This document shows positions 23,324-36,116 of a stretch of 64,000 nucleotides of DNA, piece by piece (positions within the stretch are counted from its first letter, which is position 1; every line of letters begins with the position of its first letter). The notes under the pieces were generated by a model. It was given only the letters and a program-made list of their open reading frames with translations. It had not been told where the DNA came from and searched no databases. Origin of the DNA: Nemertoderma westbladi (lineage: Eukaryota > Animalia > Xenacoelomorpha); contig JAUCBJ010000989.1 in assembly GCA_032718475.1 (NCBI GenBank), forward strand, positions 49,339 to 113,338, read 5' to 3'. The position numbers were made by a program, and so were the translations under genes.

Positions 23324-24476
23324 TTAGAAGATACTGGAGCTGAATGTCTTGGATGGTTAAATACAAGACGCTCACTAATTCACGCTCGCCGATTAGCTAA
23401 TAATTATTAATCGTGTTTATATATTGTATATTCTTACATTATTGGTAACAAGTAACTAAAAATAGAGTCCTGCAATATTTTATATATTTATATATATTTG
23501 ATACAGCACAACCCCCCCCCCCCCCCCCCCCCCTCCCCACACATCACACTGTTATTTTCTTCTGATTGTGCTTGGCAATTATATTAAGATGACCTTGATG
23601 AAAGTTACTCGTTTACAAAACATTGGGGTTCTAAAAACTGCTTAAATTAATAAGGTAACTATTTCATAGCATGAATCATTTTTTTTAATGTTTGTATTAA
23701 TTATGTACACTTGTACTGTACAGTCGGTCTATATTATTAGCATCAACTTTATAATGGAGAGCTTGACCTTCCTACTTGAATAATTCATAAGAAAATTTGT
23801 TGATTCTTTAATCCTAAGGCATCTCAAATTGGGATGTACCACTAAAGTTAGAGGCGGAGTAGCTAAATATGCAAAGCCAGGTGGTTTATAGGAATATAAT
23901 AAACGCAGTACTCGTTTTCATCATAAGCCTCTTTGCGTTCGTCCTGTTTTGTATTTAAATATATTTCTTAAACGCAGGCTAGGACGATCTTTATAATAAT
24001 AATAACTAGGGATGCGATCAATATGTGAAGCCAGGTGGTTTATATAATAATTTAGTCAACGCAGTACTCGTCTTCATTATATGCCTCGTCGCTTGTCCTG
24101 TTTTGTCATAAAATATTTTTCCTAAATGCAGACTGACGATCTTTATACAGTTATAACTATGCGAAGTTTCGAAACTGTGCGAGTAACTGTTGATACATCT
24201 ATGTGGAGATGTGTGATATGTGGAGATGTGTGATACAACGCCAACGCATCTTATGCCGATGTAGTAATATGGGTATTGAAATAATATTAAATGAATGTAC
24301 ACTCTTAAAGCTGCAGCGAAAAAATGTAGCTAATTTCCTAGGTTACATATAAAATAATAATATTATTTTTAAGAACATTAATTTTACTACTTTGCAAAAA
24401 TTCAATTAAAAAATAACCAGACATATACATTGTGGAATAAACTATTTCAGAAGCCTACAACAGCCATGCCATGGAT

Positions 24477-24700
24477 TGTGGGGCGAGCCACGAAGTGAGT
24501 GAGCCTTAGCGTAGTGGTACCATTAATCAACCTGTCGTTCTGTCGTTCTGTCGTTCTGTCGCGTTTTTTTTCAGTATTTTATTTTAAACATTAATAACTC
24601 GGCCAATCCTTGATGAAATCTATCCAAACTTGGTACACATGTTGTTTGGCAAAACTTTGAAAATTTTCCAAGTAGAATTTGCGTGGGGCCTTCGTGCAGC
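24477..24700 (+). mobile_element. Helentron/DINE-like non-autonomous repeat, 5' part
   Basis: Starts TGTGGGGCGAGCCACGAAGT like 19837; (CTGTCGTT)n; core ccaaacttggtacacatg; its paralogue in unit 2 is the target of BEL copy 2. Confidence 0.6.
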
Positions 24701-25302
24701 ATCAGTGTAACTGTTATTGCAGTTATAATAAATTTATTTATCCAAATTTAAAATGCGTTAAATTATTATTACTGTAGGATAAATTAGCTGTGTTTCTAAC
24801 AAATTTTGCAATTCTGCATATACCATGTGTACCGGTACTGACAGTCTGTACTCAATCCCTGAATCGAGAATCCTGCAATCACAAAATCAGTCAATACTGC
24901 AATACTGGTCAACCGGTACCATACACTGCAGACATGCCATATCATGCAACCCTTGCGGTGATTATAGTTTAGGCCTAATTCAGTAATTAGCCCAGTACCG
25001 GCACCGGTAATAATAATACTGTAATATAGGCCTAATCATTCAGTCATTGGCACGGTACACCGTATTGCTGTACTGCCGTTGTAGTGCGCACCGTAGGTAC
25101 CACCCATGGCCTACTACACACAGGCCATGACAAGGACTTTGCTGTGAAATTAGTGTAGGCTGACTGTGCTGATTATGGTACTGTCAGACTGTGGTACCTA
25201 AGCTATATACTGTTAGGTATATTGCTGTATTGGGGTGGGGTTAGGAATAATCCATTTGTTTTAGCATTGAACTGTTGAATCCCCTTATTTATTATAAAAC
25301 CA

Positions 25303-25939
25303 TTGGAAATATTCGCAAATGCCGCTCCATTACTGTCTGAAACGATCCCGACAGTCCGATGCTGCGATGTATCTGGACCCGAGCAGCCGAGTTGCTTCAA
25401 GAGGTGATTAACGGGGGAATACTACGGAATTGCTTGTTTGTCAGTACGATTCTATTTGGGTATTTACTACACTCAGACACTGGGAATACGGCGGTCGGTC
25501 AGATCGTAATGCGGGCCACTGCCAAGTTCCTCATGCCTCACTCCGGTCACCCACCTTGGAGTGCGGTGGGAAGAGTCCCACTTACTGACTTACGTCGACG
25601 ACTGGACGAATCGACGAGGATTGCGATCTGGGTTTAGCGGCGGCCCGGATCCTGGGATCGCTGGGGGAAATGGTTGAACGTTGGGCAGACGTTATCGCAC
25701 TGGATTACGTTCTCTGTGACGCGAAAGTGTGAAGCGAATTCGTTGTCGAATTGGGTCGGAAGCTGCGGGAATTCTACTGTTCTACGGGAGTAAACCGCAG
25801 CGGTCCGGTGACTACGGACGGATACTACTGGGATAAGCAGGTATTTCGATCGAGTTTCTCGTATTCTCGATGCTCGAGGCGGATAGAGAGTTGGTTGTGT
25901 TGGACGGTGTTGTTCAATTCTATCAAACATATTAAATAA
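25303..25939 (+). pseudogene. Decayed CpG-rich reading frame of unknown protein (frameshifted copy)
   Basis: Paralogue of the single-frame relic at 59534-60163, with small indels. Confidence 0.35.
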
Positions 25940-26061
25940 TTGGTAAAATAATAAAAACACACCAGATAAAGATACTGAGCTTATGGTAAAGAGATAGGCC
26001 GAACTTACAATTTCCAAATAGATTGTTCATATAATAAATATATTTTTGGTATTTGATTTCA

Positions 26062-26321
26062 AGATAGGGGGGGTGGGGGGGGGGGGGGCTGGACGCAATA
26101 AAAATTCATCCCTCTCCAGGGGAAATTGGACGCAAATAACAACAGCTGATTTCTCTCAAAAATAAAACTGTAACCTGTTCTATTGTGTTTACTTTATTGT
26201 TTTGGTTAAAATAACGTGCCACTGTAACCTGCTCCTTTCCCAAAATTGAGAAATTAATATTGAGGCGGGATATTAATTCGCCAAGATGGGATTTGCGTCC
26301 AGTCCCACCCCCTCCTATCTC
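26062..26321. mobile_element. MULE-like MITE, 260 bp
   Basis: TIR AGATAGG-G-run-CTGGACGCAA / TTGCGTCCAG..CCTATCTC with 9-bp TSD TTGATTTCA (26053-26061, 26322-26330). Confidence 0.75.
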
Positions 26322-27197
26322 TTGATTTCACTAAAAAATAGAATACATTGCATTTTACTGTTATAATTACTGTATTGAATAATAATATATCTAATTGATT
26401 GTTTATTAAACCGTGCTAAGCACGTTGAACTGGAGCTCTAACAATTCCCCACTAGCGGCAGACAGGAACTGTAAAAGTCTCTGTGGAATTTCTAATTAAG
26501 CAATGCTCTGAGGTAACTACTACTAAATTTCAGATGAATCTGATCGTTGGTTCTATAATTACAGCTATTTTTACGTTTCTGTTAATTCGCCCCCTAGCAG
26601 CAGACCGGGGAACTGTAGAAGTCTGTCTGTGTGTAGAATTTCTAAATTTTTTATAGACTACATGTGTACCAAGTTTGGTTCCATTTCATCCATGATTGAC
26701 CGACTTATTAGCGTTCAAACATTCCTGCCACAAACATAGCCAGAGGCAGCCACAAACGAATAAAAGCTGCAGGAACTCGAGCGATAATTAATTTATTAAT
26801 TATTAAATACTGTTTCAATTAAATTCTTTACGAAAATCTAGTCATCTTCTTTTAAATATGGACCCTGCATTCATGGAAAATATAATATTTGATAATTCAT
26901 CAGTCAGCCTACGCTAATTTCACAGCAAAGTCTTTGTCATGGCCTGTGTGTAGTAGGCCATGGTACCACCCTACTACCGGCTGACCGCGTGACCGGTGGC
27001 AACTAGCACTTCAGCACTTGCACAGCAACAGCACTACCGGCGATACACAGGTTGAAATTTATGTAGAGTTTGCTCAACAGTACAGATATAAAATAGTTAT
27101 CTAAATTATATATATTACTATTGACAAGTATTGAAATATATACCGTTATTCGTGTTATCAGTATTTGCAACATCTGACATTGAAGAGGTGAGAGAAG

Positions 27198-27540
27198 ATG
27201 AATACCGGCACTCAACAAAACCAACGCTTATCACAGGTCGGTATGGTTACCTCGAAACCGGCGCGACTGTCCACTCGAATACAACTTCAAAACACAAACG
27301 CCAACAATAAATTGAAAGCGAATCGAACGTCTTCAGAAGAATCTGTCATTAGGACGAAGAAAAGGAAGCCGAAACCACGGGAATGGACCACAGCTAAGAT
27401 TGAATGCTCCCATTGTCAGAGTTCCTGGACCGAAATTGAAACACCAATTGCCGATGGGCTTGATCTCTCAAACCAAAACTTCCTCTGCGGGGTTTGCGCG
27501 GCAGTAAAGATTGAAAGTCTGGAAGCTGGCATCCCTAGGT
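27198..27540 (+). pseudogene. Zinc-finger (PHD-like)/coiled-coil fragment, possibly a CR1/L2 LINE ORF1 relic
   Basis: ECSHCQSSW...FLCGVC-AAVKIESLEA; repeated at 63039-63380. Confidence 0.35.
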
Positions 27541-27639
27541 ATTATTATTATAAAGAGCGTCAGCCTGCGTTTAATAAATATATTTTAATACAAAACAGGT
27601 CGAACGCAAAGAGGCTTATAATGAAGACGAGTACTGCAT

Positions 27640-27928
27640 TGATTATATTCCTATAAACCACCTGGCTTTGCATATTGAACGTGTGTTTGGAAATAAGTTC
27701 GTGCTACTCTTCCGTGGGTGGTAGATGTCGCGGTTATGTATTGGTGGGTGGGGGAGGGGGGGGGGGGGGGGTGCAGATTAAAGGGGGTGAACACGTGCTG
27801 TCCCCCTTTCTTTGATTAATTGGTGGTGTGGGTTAATCTCTCATAACCTGATTTTGTGATACAGTCGCTCAATTTTAATTTGTATCTAATAACTGGGCCT
27901 CGTGTTGCGCGAAGGCCCCATGAACGTG
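27640..27928 (+). mobile_element. Helentron/DINE-like repeat 3' end
   Basis: Ends GGGCCTCGTG(T/C)TGCGCGAAGGCCCCA hairpin; related copies at 38980-39250 (inverted) and 61381-61580. Confidence 0.55.
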
Positions 27929-28404
27929 TATTTATGTTATTATTATCTGTCATTTAACTGAGATAGCAATAGTAGTAGTAGTCGAACGGTTATGCGGCCC
28001 GTCCAGCCTATAATAAACACAATTCAGTGATTGGGCTGGAATAGCAATACTGGTTGCCTATTACAATTCCTCTCTGGTTAGTCTACAGCCACAACTCCCA
28101 GCAGCTAGCTCCACACCAGCAGAGACTTGACCAATAATGGGAAGGATTAAATTTGTACTCAATAATTGTGCGGTTTAATTACGTTTAGATCAATTAAAGA
28201 CACATTTATTAAAGCAAATCACTTGAACTAATTAAAAACTATAATAGAATGGCGTATGAGGATTATATCTGTATAATTTTTAAGTATAATTATTTAAATC
28301 TTATACTGTAAAACAATTAATTTCCTTTAAAAGGCAGGTTGAAAATGGTGTTTTCACCGCAATCAACTTAATTAACTAATTAACTGCTATTATCTTAGCT
28401 TCTC

Positions 28405-28600
28405 GAAGGCCACACGGAAATTCTACTTGGAAAATTTCTAAACTTTTGCCAAACAACATGTGTACCCACTTTGGATAGATTTCATCAAAGATTGGCTGAG
28501 TTATTAACGTTTAAAATTGAACACGACAGAACGACAGAACGACAGGTTGATTAATGGTACCACTACGCTAAGGCTCACTCACTTCGTGGCTCGCCCCACA
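28405..28600 (-). mobile_element. Inverted copy of the 24477-type repeat
   Basis: Reverse complement of TGTGGGGCGAGCCACGAAGTGAGTGAGCC...; abuts the 5'-truncated astacin frame. Confidence 0.65.
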
Positions 28601-28605
28601 ATAAT

Positions 28606-30051
28606 GAATAAACGTGCGTAGAAGTTATTCCAAAAACGGATGCGGTATTAGCGCAAATTAGTTACACAGGTGAAATGATGTTTGTAGATCAGAATGGTTG
28701 TTGGTCGGTTGGAGGATATAGCGAAGGAACCAACAAGGTATCCATGTCTGTAGGATGTTACAGCAAGAATAACGTTCTCCATGAGTTTTCCCATTTACTA
28801 GGGATGGCACACGAATATCAATGAATGGATCGCAAACGATTTATGTACATGGAACACAACGGGGTGGTATTCAGCTACGGTTTGATAACTCCAATAGAAA
28901 AGAGTGGAAACAACTTCAATCTGCCTTTCGATTTCTATTCTGTTGTTTCTAAAGCGTTTTTACCCAAAGTCCCCATGGATGCGGACCCAAGTAATATAAA
29001 GTCAGACGGAAGAATAAAATTAACGAAACCCGGTTTATCTTTTTACGACGCTAAGGAGATCAATCTCATGTACAGTTGCGCATCGCATTGCAATTTTGAT
29101 GCGGTTGTCTGCGACCGACCAGGTTACATAGATAAGAATTGCGAGTTTGTTTGTCCAGAAGGAGCTGATTGCGGAAGGACATGTCCACGATCCGAGCAAA
29201 CCGGATGTCTGGAGCCGGGATTTGTAGACACCCAATGCCAATGCTACTGCCCCCCAGGTTATCCGCCATGTGAACGAGATTGCGATGTGCAAAGTGTTCA
29301 CTGCCGTTTCCCTGGTTACATCGGAGAAGACTGCCAATGTGTTTGTCCAGAGGATAACCCAGACTGCGGGACCTACTGCGATTACGCGAACATCCACTGC
29401 AAAGAACCATCGTATATCGATAAGAATTGAAATTGTGTCTGTCCAGAAGATAATTCAGAATGTCAAACAGCTGAACGACAGGGAGGAAACCACTGTTTAC
29501 CTGGTGAGTTCCAATGTGATAATGGCCATTGTATTCCAAAGGGAGATAAATGTAATAAAGAAAACAATTGTGGTGACAATTCCGATGAAGGTGATGTTTG
29601 CCCGTGTGTATCTCCTTATGGGCATTAATGTGCCGACGGTATTCAATGTGTGTTGACGAATCAACGTTGCGACGGTGTCAGCGATTGCAGTGATGGCAGC
29701 GACGAGAAGTGGTGCCCTTGTAAGGCAATTTACAATTGGCGTTGTGGATCCGGAGAATGTATTTATTATAACAAGTTGTGTAACGGAATCAACAACTGCG
29801 ACGACGGGAGTGATGAATCATCTTGTTGCGATACCACCGGCAAATTTCGTTGTCCAAACGGGAACTGTTTCAAAAACTACAAAATGTGTAAAGGGCCAGA
29901 TCGTTGCGGGGATATGACGCTGGATGGCGCATGTTGTGACGTCGAAGATCCTTCAACCGTGTTTCAATGTCCGGATACCTTGGTTTGCATTAAAGCTAAT
30001 AAAGTTGGGGATGGTATAAAAAACTGTCCAGGTGGAAGTGATGAACTGTAA
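28606..30051 (+). pseudogene. Intronless astacin metalloprotease + Cys-rich repeats + LDLa repeats pseudogene
   Basis: One frame: TCVEV..GCWSVGG..VSMSVGC..HEFSHLLGMAHEYQ*MDR (HExxHxxGxxH zinc motif at ~28780), FDFYS, INLMYSC, Cys repeats, LDLa; stops at 28609, 28822, 29428 and ~29626. Confidence 0.88.
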
Positions 30052-30626
30052 ACCTCAAAACTGGTATACTGCACTTTCTTCTTAACGCTAAGACTCTTTA
30101 TGTTGTGTTAAGATGCATGTAATTTAAAATTATCATTGCACTAGACTCTTTGTTGGTTGACTGCACCGTTATCAACAAACTACAAAAAAAAAATCCTATA
30201 AATTTAAGAATGAGTGAAAAAGAAAATTATGGTACATATATTTAATGTAGTACATGTATAATATTAATGTAAAATTCTTAATTGTAATAGGCCTAATTTG
30301 TGATTTTAAGGTGGATGGGGTTCATTTCTAATGATAAGGCAAAATATCAATTATCTCTAAAATGAAAAAAAACAATTACAATTTTTAAACACGTCTCAAA
30401 TACAAAAGAATTTTAAGCCGAGTTGAAGTGTGGCGATTCAGTAATTCTGAATGAGGTGTGCTGAGAAAGTACGATATCTTGCGAGGTGGCTGGGAGTTCA
30501 TTCGCTCCCTATAGCAACTATGTGGGATTAGTGGTGTCGTGGAGTTAGGATACTTTAGAATCCAACTGCATCCTTATTTATTTAATATTATTTAATTATA
30601 TTATATTTTATTGCAATGTAATTAAT

Positions 30627-30910
30627 TTAATTAATAATGTCAGCGTTAAAAGCCGTAGTGAAATGATTGCCGAAGGTAGTTAGAATAGCGTTGCTATTGG
30701 CACCGCTGTTGGTGATTGAGTGGACGATGTTACGGAGGTTGGAAGGAAGAATAGGACCGGCGACCTCTAGATGGTAGACGAACTTGGAGTCGGCGGGATG
30801 GAATGCGTTCCTGGAGTGCTGGAGACCGCCTTCAGTCTAGCAACAGTCCCTCCCTGGAAGGGGGCGTTACTGAGCAACGTAGGGGACACCCCTTGCCCCG
30901 TCCAACGGCC
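30627..30910 (-). pseudogene. DONSON-like fragment (unit 2), frameshifted
   Basis: Paralogue of 20735-21010 with 8 extra nt near 30812-30820. Confidence 0.6.
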
Positions 30911-30976
30911 CCATCGTGTCCCCTGTATAGACCTTATCAATGCAAACCTTTGGGTTACCTTTGGGTTATCTGTTTT

Positions 30977-31262
30977 TGTGGAGATCCCTTGAGACTGACC
31001 CAATGCATGGCTTACTACGTTTAGATACTGTATGATATATTCTGGTAGTCTGTACCTTTTACCGGTACTGTTATATATATATTAGCCTGACCAATCCTGC
31101 AGTCCTGTAGTCTAATCATGACTACAGGACTACTGCTGTACTGCATGCTGGATTACAGCAATACTGCTATTTTACCTGCTTACATGTATTATATTAATAT
31201 AAACAATATTGCTTTGCTTATATCAACTTATCTTGTTTATGATCCTACATCGGATCATCACA
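30977..31262 (+). repeat. Gypsy 5' LTR (286 bp)
   Basis: TGTGGAGATCC...ATCATCACA; repeat of 35835-36116. Confidence 0.95.
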
Positions 31263-31273
31263 TGGCGCTGCGA
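31263..31273 (+). promoter_or_regulatory. tRNA primer-binding site (TGGCGCTGCGA, probably tRNA-Ser type)
   Basis: Canonical TGG directly after the LTR; the tRNA identity is inference. Confidence 0.75.
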
Positions 31274-31297
31274 TTATTATAAACTTACGTGACTCTC

Positions 31298-34200
31298 ATG
31301 GCTTACTCCCATGACTCCACACTTCCAGCCACCGATGACCGGGATGGCACGCTGTCGGAGTCCGACGTGTCTGCTACTGTGTCGCCCAAGACGCACCACA
31401 CACGCAAACTGTCATACGACGAACTGTTCCGTGCGCTTACCGATCACCAACGGGTTGCCGATGATCAGCATCGACGCGAGACAGAGGAATACCGCCGAGT
31501 TGTCGAAGAACAACGCCGAGAGGATGCACGCCGTGCAGATGAGCGCCTTGCAGCCCTAATCGAGGCGTTGCTTCCCCGTGCAGCTATCCCTCTGGCACCA
31601 CCCACCATGCCTACAGCCGGTGATCACGGCCCCAACCCCCGGCATCCCCCACGTGTCATTGATACACGCGCACTTGAGCGACTGGACGCCGATATCCGAC
31701 TGCCAGAGTTCCGCACCTGGCGGCGTCAGTGGGAATTCTTCGTCCGCCAGCACAGACTGACTTCCTACCCTGTGGACGAGCAAACGGCAGCTCTTTTAGG
31801 AACTTTTACAACCCGCCTCGCTCGGTCAGTCGAAGTAAACTGTGCCCTGGACCTCAGCGACCCCACACTCGCCCCAAGTACTGTCCTCGATGCCCTTCAG
31901 GTTTATCTTCGGGGTCAATCCAACCTTGCCCTCGACTATGTCAACTTCATTAACCGATCCCAACGGCCAGGGGAAACTGTCGATGAATACCGGATCGCCT
32001 TGGAGGATTTGGGGGCAGAACTTTGCACCCACTGCCGCAGCCACCAAATCGCTGTTCGCTTTGTTGCTGGCCTGCTCTGTGCAGAGACGAAGCAGAAACT
32101 ACTCGCTCGCACTCCGTTCCCAGATCTCCCGGAAGTTATCGACATATCTCGGGCTGAGGAGGCAGCTTCGAGGGAACATGCAAACGTTCGCATTGGTGGC
32201 CCCACTAGCTCCGTGTACCGTGCAACTTCCCGGGAACTGCCCCGAGACAATGGCCGCCGCCGGGGCAGTCACCGCTCTGTGGATCGGCAATGTGGAAATT
32301 GTGGGGGCACCCCTCACACAACCCGGTCCGACTGTCCTGCTTATGAGGTTATCTGTCTTAACTGTCAGCGTCGCGGCCACCTGCAGCGGATGTGTCGCAG
32401 CTCTGCCCCTGCTGCTACTCATGGGAAAGTTGGCCTTCTTCGAACCCATCAGATCACTGACTCCACATCACATGGCACACGCCCCGAACGACCAGTACCG
32501 GCCCCATTAGTCTCTGTCACAATTTCTGGAGCGCGTGGCAGCTGTACACTACCGGTTCTCCCAGACACTGGTTCCGATGTGAATATTATGGGTTTAACAT
32601 TAGTTGGTCGGTTTGGGGAACAGCCAGACAGACTACATGAGTCGGCTCAGCAGGTAGAAGCAGCCAATGGTCTCTCACTACATATTGGTGGCTCCCTGCC
32701 CCTCACTATTTCCTTCCAGAACCGCTCTCTCTCCACATCCTTCCTTATCAGCCGGGAGTATGATGGCATCCTTCTCTCCTGGAGAACGTGCACTGAACTG
32801 GGGATACTTAGGTACCATGACGCAGTCCCTCAGCCACTCATGGCAACTGCTATGGCCATTCAGCACCCTCAGACACCTGTGCAGTCAATGAGGCCACTGC
32901 CCCCACCCCTGGTGCTAAATGAGCCCCCCTTGGCTGAACAGGAGACAAAACGCACTGACATTCACCCGACTTGTCTTCCTACACCACCAGCCACAGTCGA
33001 GGGCCTCCGCAAACAAATCCTCAGTGAGTTCGCTGACGTCTTTGACCTGGAGGGCCCACTCCGACCCCAGGTTGGGCCCCCAATGTCTATTGACTTGGTC
33101 GAGGGTGCCATACCCTTCGCAGTCCGAGGGGCCCGGATCATTCCCCTTGCCTACCGTGAAGCTGCAAAAGAAAAACTTGACAAGATGCTGGCCGATGGTG
33201 TTATTGTACCAGTGACAAAACCTACCGAATGGTGCCACCCTCTTGTCGTAGTGCCAAAGAAACGTGGAGGTGTACGGATAACTGTAGACCTAACTAAACT
33301 CAATAAGTTTGTCCGCCGGCCAATTTACCCCCTTCGTACACCACGAGATGCTGTCTCTGACATCCCAGGTGGGATGCAGTTTTTCTCCACTCTTGATGCA
33401 GTGGATGGTTACTGGCAGCTCCCACTGGAGGAGGCCTCCCAAGACTTGACCACATTCGCCACCCCCTGGGGCCGTTTTAAACATGTACGTGCTCCGATGG
33501 GACTCTGCTCCACAGGCGATGTATACTGCCTACAGGGCGACCTTGCTCTCGGCTCTGTCCCACACACCCGGAAGATTGTCGATGATATCCTTGCTTTCTC
33601 ACCCAATCTATCCGCCCATGTGGACCTGATCCGGCGAATCCTCCTCCGCTGCCGGGAGTCAGGGATCACGCTGCATCCAGGGAAGTTTGCCTTTGCACAG
33701 GAGCGTGTGGAGTTTGCTGGTTTTTACATTTCTGCCACCGGTATCGAGGCAGACCCTGCTAAACTCGCGGCAATCGCCTCCTTCCCACGGCCAAACAATA
33801 TTACCCAGCTGCGCTCATTCCTCGGCATGGTTGAGCAACTGGGTACATTCACGCGTTGTATCGCTCCGACAGCTGCACCACTCCGGCCCCTCCTGCAGAA
33901 GAAAAACGCATTTGTCTGGGAGGAAATACATGATGAGGCATTCGCAGCTGTAAAAGCTGCCCTAACATCCATCCCTATTCTGGCAAACTTTAAACCCTGC
34001 CTCCCTACCATCCTCCAGACTGATGCCTCACGTGTTAATGGCCTCGGTTACGTATTGCTGCAGGACCACGGTGAGTCCCGGCACCTAGTTCAGTGTGGTT
34101 CCCGCTTTATTTCAGAGACAGAGGGGCGGTATGCCATGGTTGAGCTGGAGCTGCTTGCAGTCACCTGGGCACTCCGCAAGTGCCGTATATTCCTCTCTGG

Positions 34201-35791
34201 CCTGGCAGACTTTGAAATAGTCACCGATCATCGGCCCCTCGTTTCCATCCTCGATCACCACACACTGGATGAGGTGGAGAACCCTCGCCTCCAACGCCTT
34301 AAGGAGCGCACCATGGCCTACTCCTTCCATACCATATGGGCTGCTGGGAAATCCCATTGTATCCCGGATGCCTTGTCCCGCGCCCCAGTTGCAGACCCTA
34401 CTGCAGAGGACTTGGCAGATGAACTGGACCTAGTCTACTCCCCTGCCACTGTCTCAGCCCTCGCCACATCCCTATCATCATCCACACACCTGGTGGACTC
34501 CCTCATTATATCTCTCAAGGATGCTGCGAGTTTGGACCCAACATACCAGGAACTCCTCCATGCAGTTCAGAGTGGTTTCCCCATTAAACCTATGGGCGCG
34601 CTCCTCCCATACTGGAAACTGCGGGATAAACTTTCCTGGGACACTGGCCTTGTCCTCTATGATAATAGACTAGTAGTCCCCATGGGAATGCGCCCCGGTG
34701 TGCTCCAGCGACTTCATGCCTCCCACCAGGGAGTTGAACGTACAAAGCGTCGTGCGCGCCTCGCCGTTTTCTGGCCTAATATTGGTGAAGACATCCGTCA
34801 CATGGTGGACTCATGTGGCCTCTGCCAGGAATCACGCCCGAGCCAGCCCCGTGAACCACTACTCCAGGAGGACCAACCAAGCAGACCATTCGTGGACACC
34901 TCTGCAGACCTATTTGATGTTAGTGGACGTAGCTACCTCGTCTACACCTGCCAGTTCTCTGGATGGCCCTGTGTCACGGAGTGGAGGTCCCCTCCCACAG
35001 CGTCTGCAGTCACCAGGGCCCTCTCACGTGAATTCTCTGCAACTGGAGTACCTATACGACTCCGCACTGATGGTGGACGCCAATTTGACGCCCATGACTT
35101 CCGTGCCTTTGCCCAATGTTGGGGTGTCTCCCTCTCACCTTCCTCACCCTACAACCCATCCTCCAATGGCCACGCTGAGGCGACAGTCAAAGCGATGAAG
35201 AACCTGGTTAAGAAGTCTGGATTCCTAACAGATGCATTCAACCAGGGCCTCTTGGAATGGCGTAACACTCCGAACTCCACAGGACTGTCCCCTGCACAGA
35301 TTGTATTCGGTGCCCCCTTACGCTCCCTCGTACCGGCACATCACACAACTTACGCCCCCCAGTGGTGTACTATCGCCGAGGCGGCTGACCGTCGCTCAGA
35401 TGTTAAGGCAACTGAACAGGCAGCCCATGACCAGCACACCCGCGGCCTTCCCCGTCTCCACCTGGGAACCACAGTTCTACTACAAGACCCCAACACTAAG
35501 CGTTGGGATCGTACTGGCACCATCGTACAGGTTGGGCCCCACAGAGATTATAAGATTAAACTAGCGAGTGGGCATGTGTATCGCCGTAACCGCCGCTTTC
35601 TATGCCCAGCTACACCTCCCCACCCCACCCCAACTCTGAAACCCACTCAACCACCGCAAACCCAGGTTTCAATTGACCCCACCACCACCACTGCGCCACA
35701 GCCAGAGCGGCGTGTACAATTCGCACCTGAGCCTTTGCCTTTACCACAACGGCGCAGCCAGCGAAAAGTCCGCCCCCCAGACTATCTTTAG
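31298..35791 (+). CDS. Gypsy gag-pol polyprotein (~1497 aa), intact
   Basis: Two CCHC knuckles, protease LPDTGS, RT KIVDDIL, RNase H LQTDAS, integrase HASHQG..CGLC and D-D-E (ADLF, TDGG, AEATVK); order PR-RT-RH-IN. Confidence 0.95.
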   Translation: MAYSHDSTLPATDDRDGTLSESDVSATVSPKTHHTRKLSYDELFRALTDHQRVADDQHRRETEEYRRVVEEQRREDARRADERLAALIEALLPRAAIPLAPPTMPTAGDHGPNPRHPPRVIDTRALERLDADIRLPEFRTWRRQWEFFVRQHRLTSYPVDEQTAALLGTFTTRLARSVEVNCALDLSDPTLAPSTVLDALQVYLRGQSNLALDYVNFINRSQRPGETVDEYRIALEDLGAELCTHCRSHQIAVRFVAGLLCAETKQKLLARTPFPDLPEVIDISRAEEAASREHANVRIGGPTSSVYRATSRELPRDNGRRRGSHRSVDRQCGNCGGTPHTTRSDCPAYEVICLNCQRRGHLQRMCRSSAPAATHGKVGLLRTHQITDSTSHGTRPERPVPAPLVSVTISGARGSCTLPVLPDTGSDVNIMGLTLVGRFGEQPDRLHESAQQVEAANGLSLHIGGSLPLTISFQNRSLSTSFLISREYDGILLSWRTCTELGILRYHDAVPQPLMATAMAIQHPQTPVQSMRPLPPPLVLNEPPLAEQETKRTDIHPTCLPTPPATVEGLRKQILSEFADVFDLEGPLRPQVGPPMSIDLVEGAIPFAVRGARIIPLAYREAAKEKLDKMLADGVIVPVTKPTEWCHPLVVVPKKRGGVRITVDLTKLNKFVRRPIYPLRTPRDAVSDIPGGMQFFSTLDAVDGYWQLPLEEASQDLTTFATPWGRFKHVRAPMGLCSTGDVYCLQGDLALGSVPHTRKIVDDILAFSPNLSAHVDLIRRILLRCRESGITLHPGKFAFAQERVEFAGFYISATGIEADPAKLAAIASFPRPNNITQLRSFLGMVEQLGTFTRCIAPTAAPLRPLLQKKNAFVWEEIHDEAFAAVKAALTSIPILANFKPCLPTILQTDASRVNGLGYVLLQDHGESRHLVQCGSRFISETEGRYAMVELELLAVTWALRKCRIFLSGLADFEIVTDHRPLVSILDHHTLDEVENPRLQRLKERTMAYSFHTIWAAGKSHCIPDALSRAPVADPTAEDLADELDLVYSPATVSALATSLSSSTHLVDSLIISLKDAASLDPTYQELLHAVQSGFPIKPMGALLPYWKLRDKLSWDTGLVLYDNRLVVPMGMRPGVLQRLHASHQGVERTKRRARLAVFWPNIGEDIRHMVDSCGLCQESRPSQPREPLLQEDQPSRPFVDTSADLFDVSGRSYLVYTCQFSGWPCVTEWRSPPTASAVTRALSREFSATGVPIRLRTDGGRQFDAHDFRAFAQCWGVSLSPSSPYNPSSNGHAEATVKAMKNLVKKSGFLTDAFNQGLLEWRNTPNSTGLSPAQIVFGAPLRSLVPAHHTTYAPQWCTIAEAADRRSDVKATEQAAHDQHTRGLPRLHLGTTVLLQDPNTKRWDRTGTIVQVGPHRDYKIKLASGHVYRRNRRFLCPATPPHPTPTLKPTQPPQTQVSIDPTTTTAPQPERRVQFAPEPLPLPQRRSQRKVRPPDYL

Positions 35792-35824
35792 TTTAGCTGC
35801 GCCATAGGTCACCTACGCTCAGCT

Positions 35825-35834
35825 AGAAGGGGGG
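35825..35834 (+). promoter_or_regulatory. Gypsy polypurine tract
   Basis: AGAAGGGGGG directly before the 3' LTR. Confidence 0.85.
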
Positions 35835-36116
35835 TGTGGAGATCCCTTGAGACTGACCCAATGCATGGCTTACTACGTTGAGATACTGTATGACATATTC
35901 TGGTAGTCTGTACCTTTTACCGGTACTGCTATATATATATGTATTAGCCTGACCAATCCTGCAGTCCTGTAGTCTAATCATGACTACAGGACTACTGCTG
36001 TACTGCATGCTGGATTACAGCAATACTGCTATTTTACCTTTTACCGATTAATATAAACAATATTGCTTTGCTTATATCGACTTATCTTGTTTACGATCCT
36101 ACATTGGATCATCACA
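35835..36116 (+). repeat. Gypsy 3' LTR (282 bp)
   Basis: Repeat of 30977-31262 with several substitutions and indels. Confidence 0.95.

Larger units (their letters stand above)
1..28881 (+). repeat. Tandem segmental unit 1 (~10.4 kb without the BEL insertion; starts upstream of the window)
   Basis: Position 1 (ttgataactccaatagaaaag) recurs at 28882; same order of astacin-LDLa, DONSON fragment, F-box gene and small repeats at high identity. Confidence 0.9.
30977..36116 (+). mobile_element. Ty3/Gypsy (Mag-like) LTR retrotransposon, 5140 bp
   Basis: TG...CA LTRs, TSD GTTTT (30972-30976, 36117-36121), empty site at ~21071, PBS, PPT and single gag-pol ORF. Confidence 0.96.

Noticed and set aside
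23511-23540. Poly-C/poly-G runs as functional G-quadruplex elements (also 26067, 27750, 38570, 60290)
   Set aside because: Simple homopolymers of variable length within repeats; no further support.
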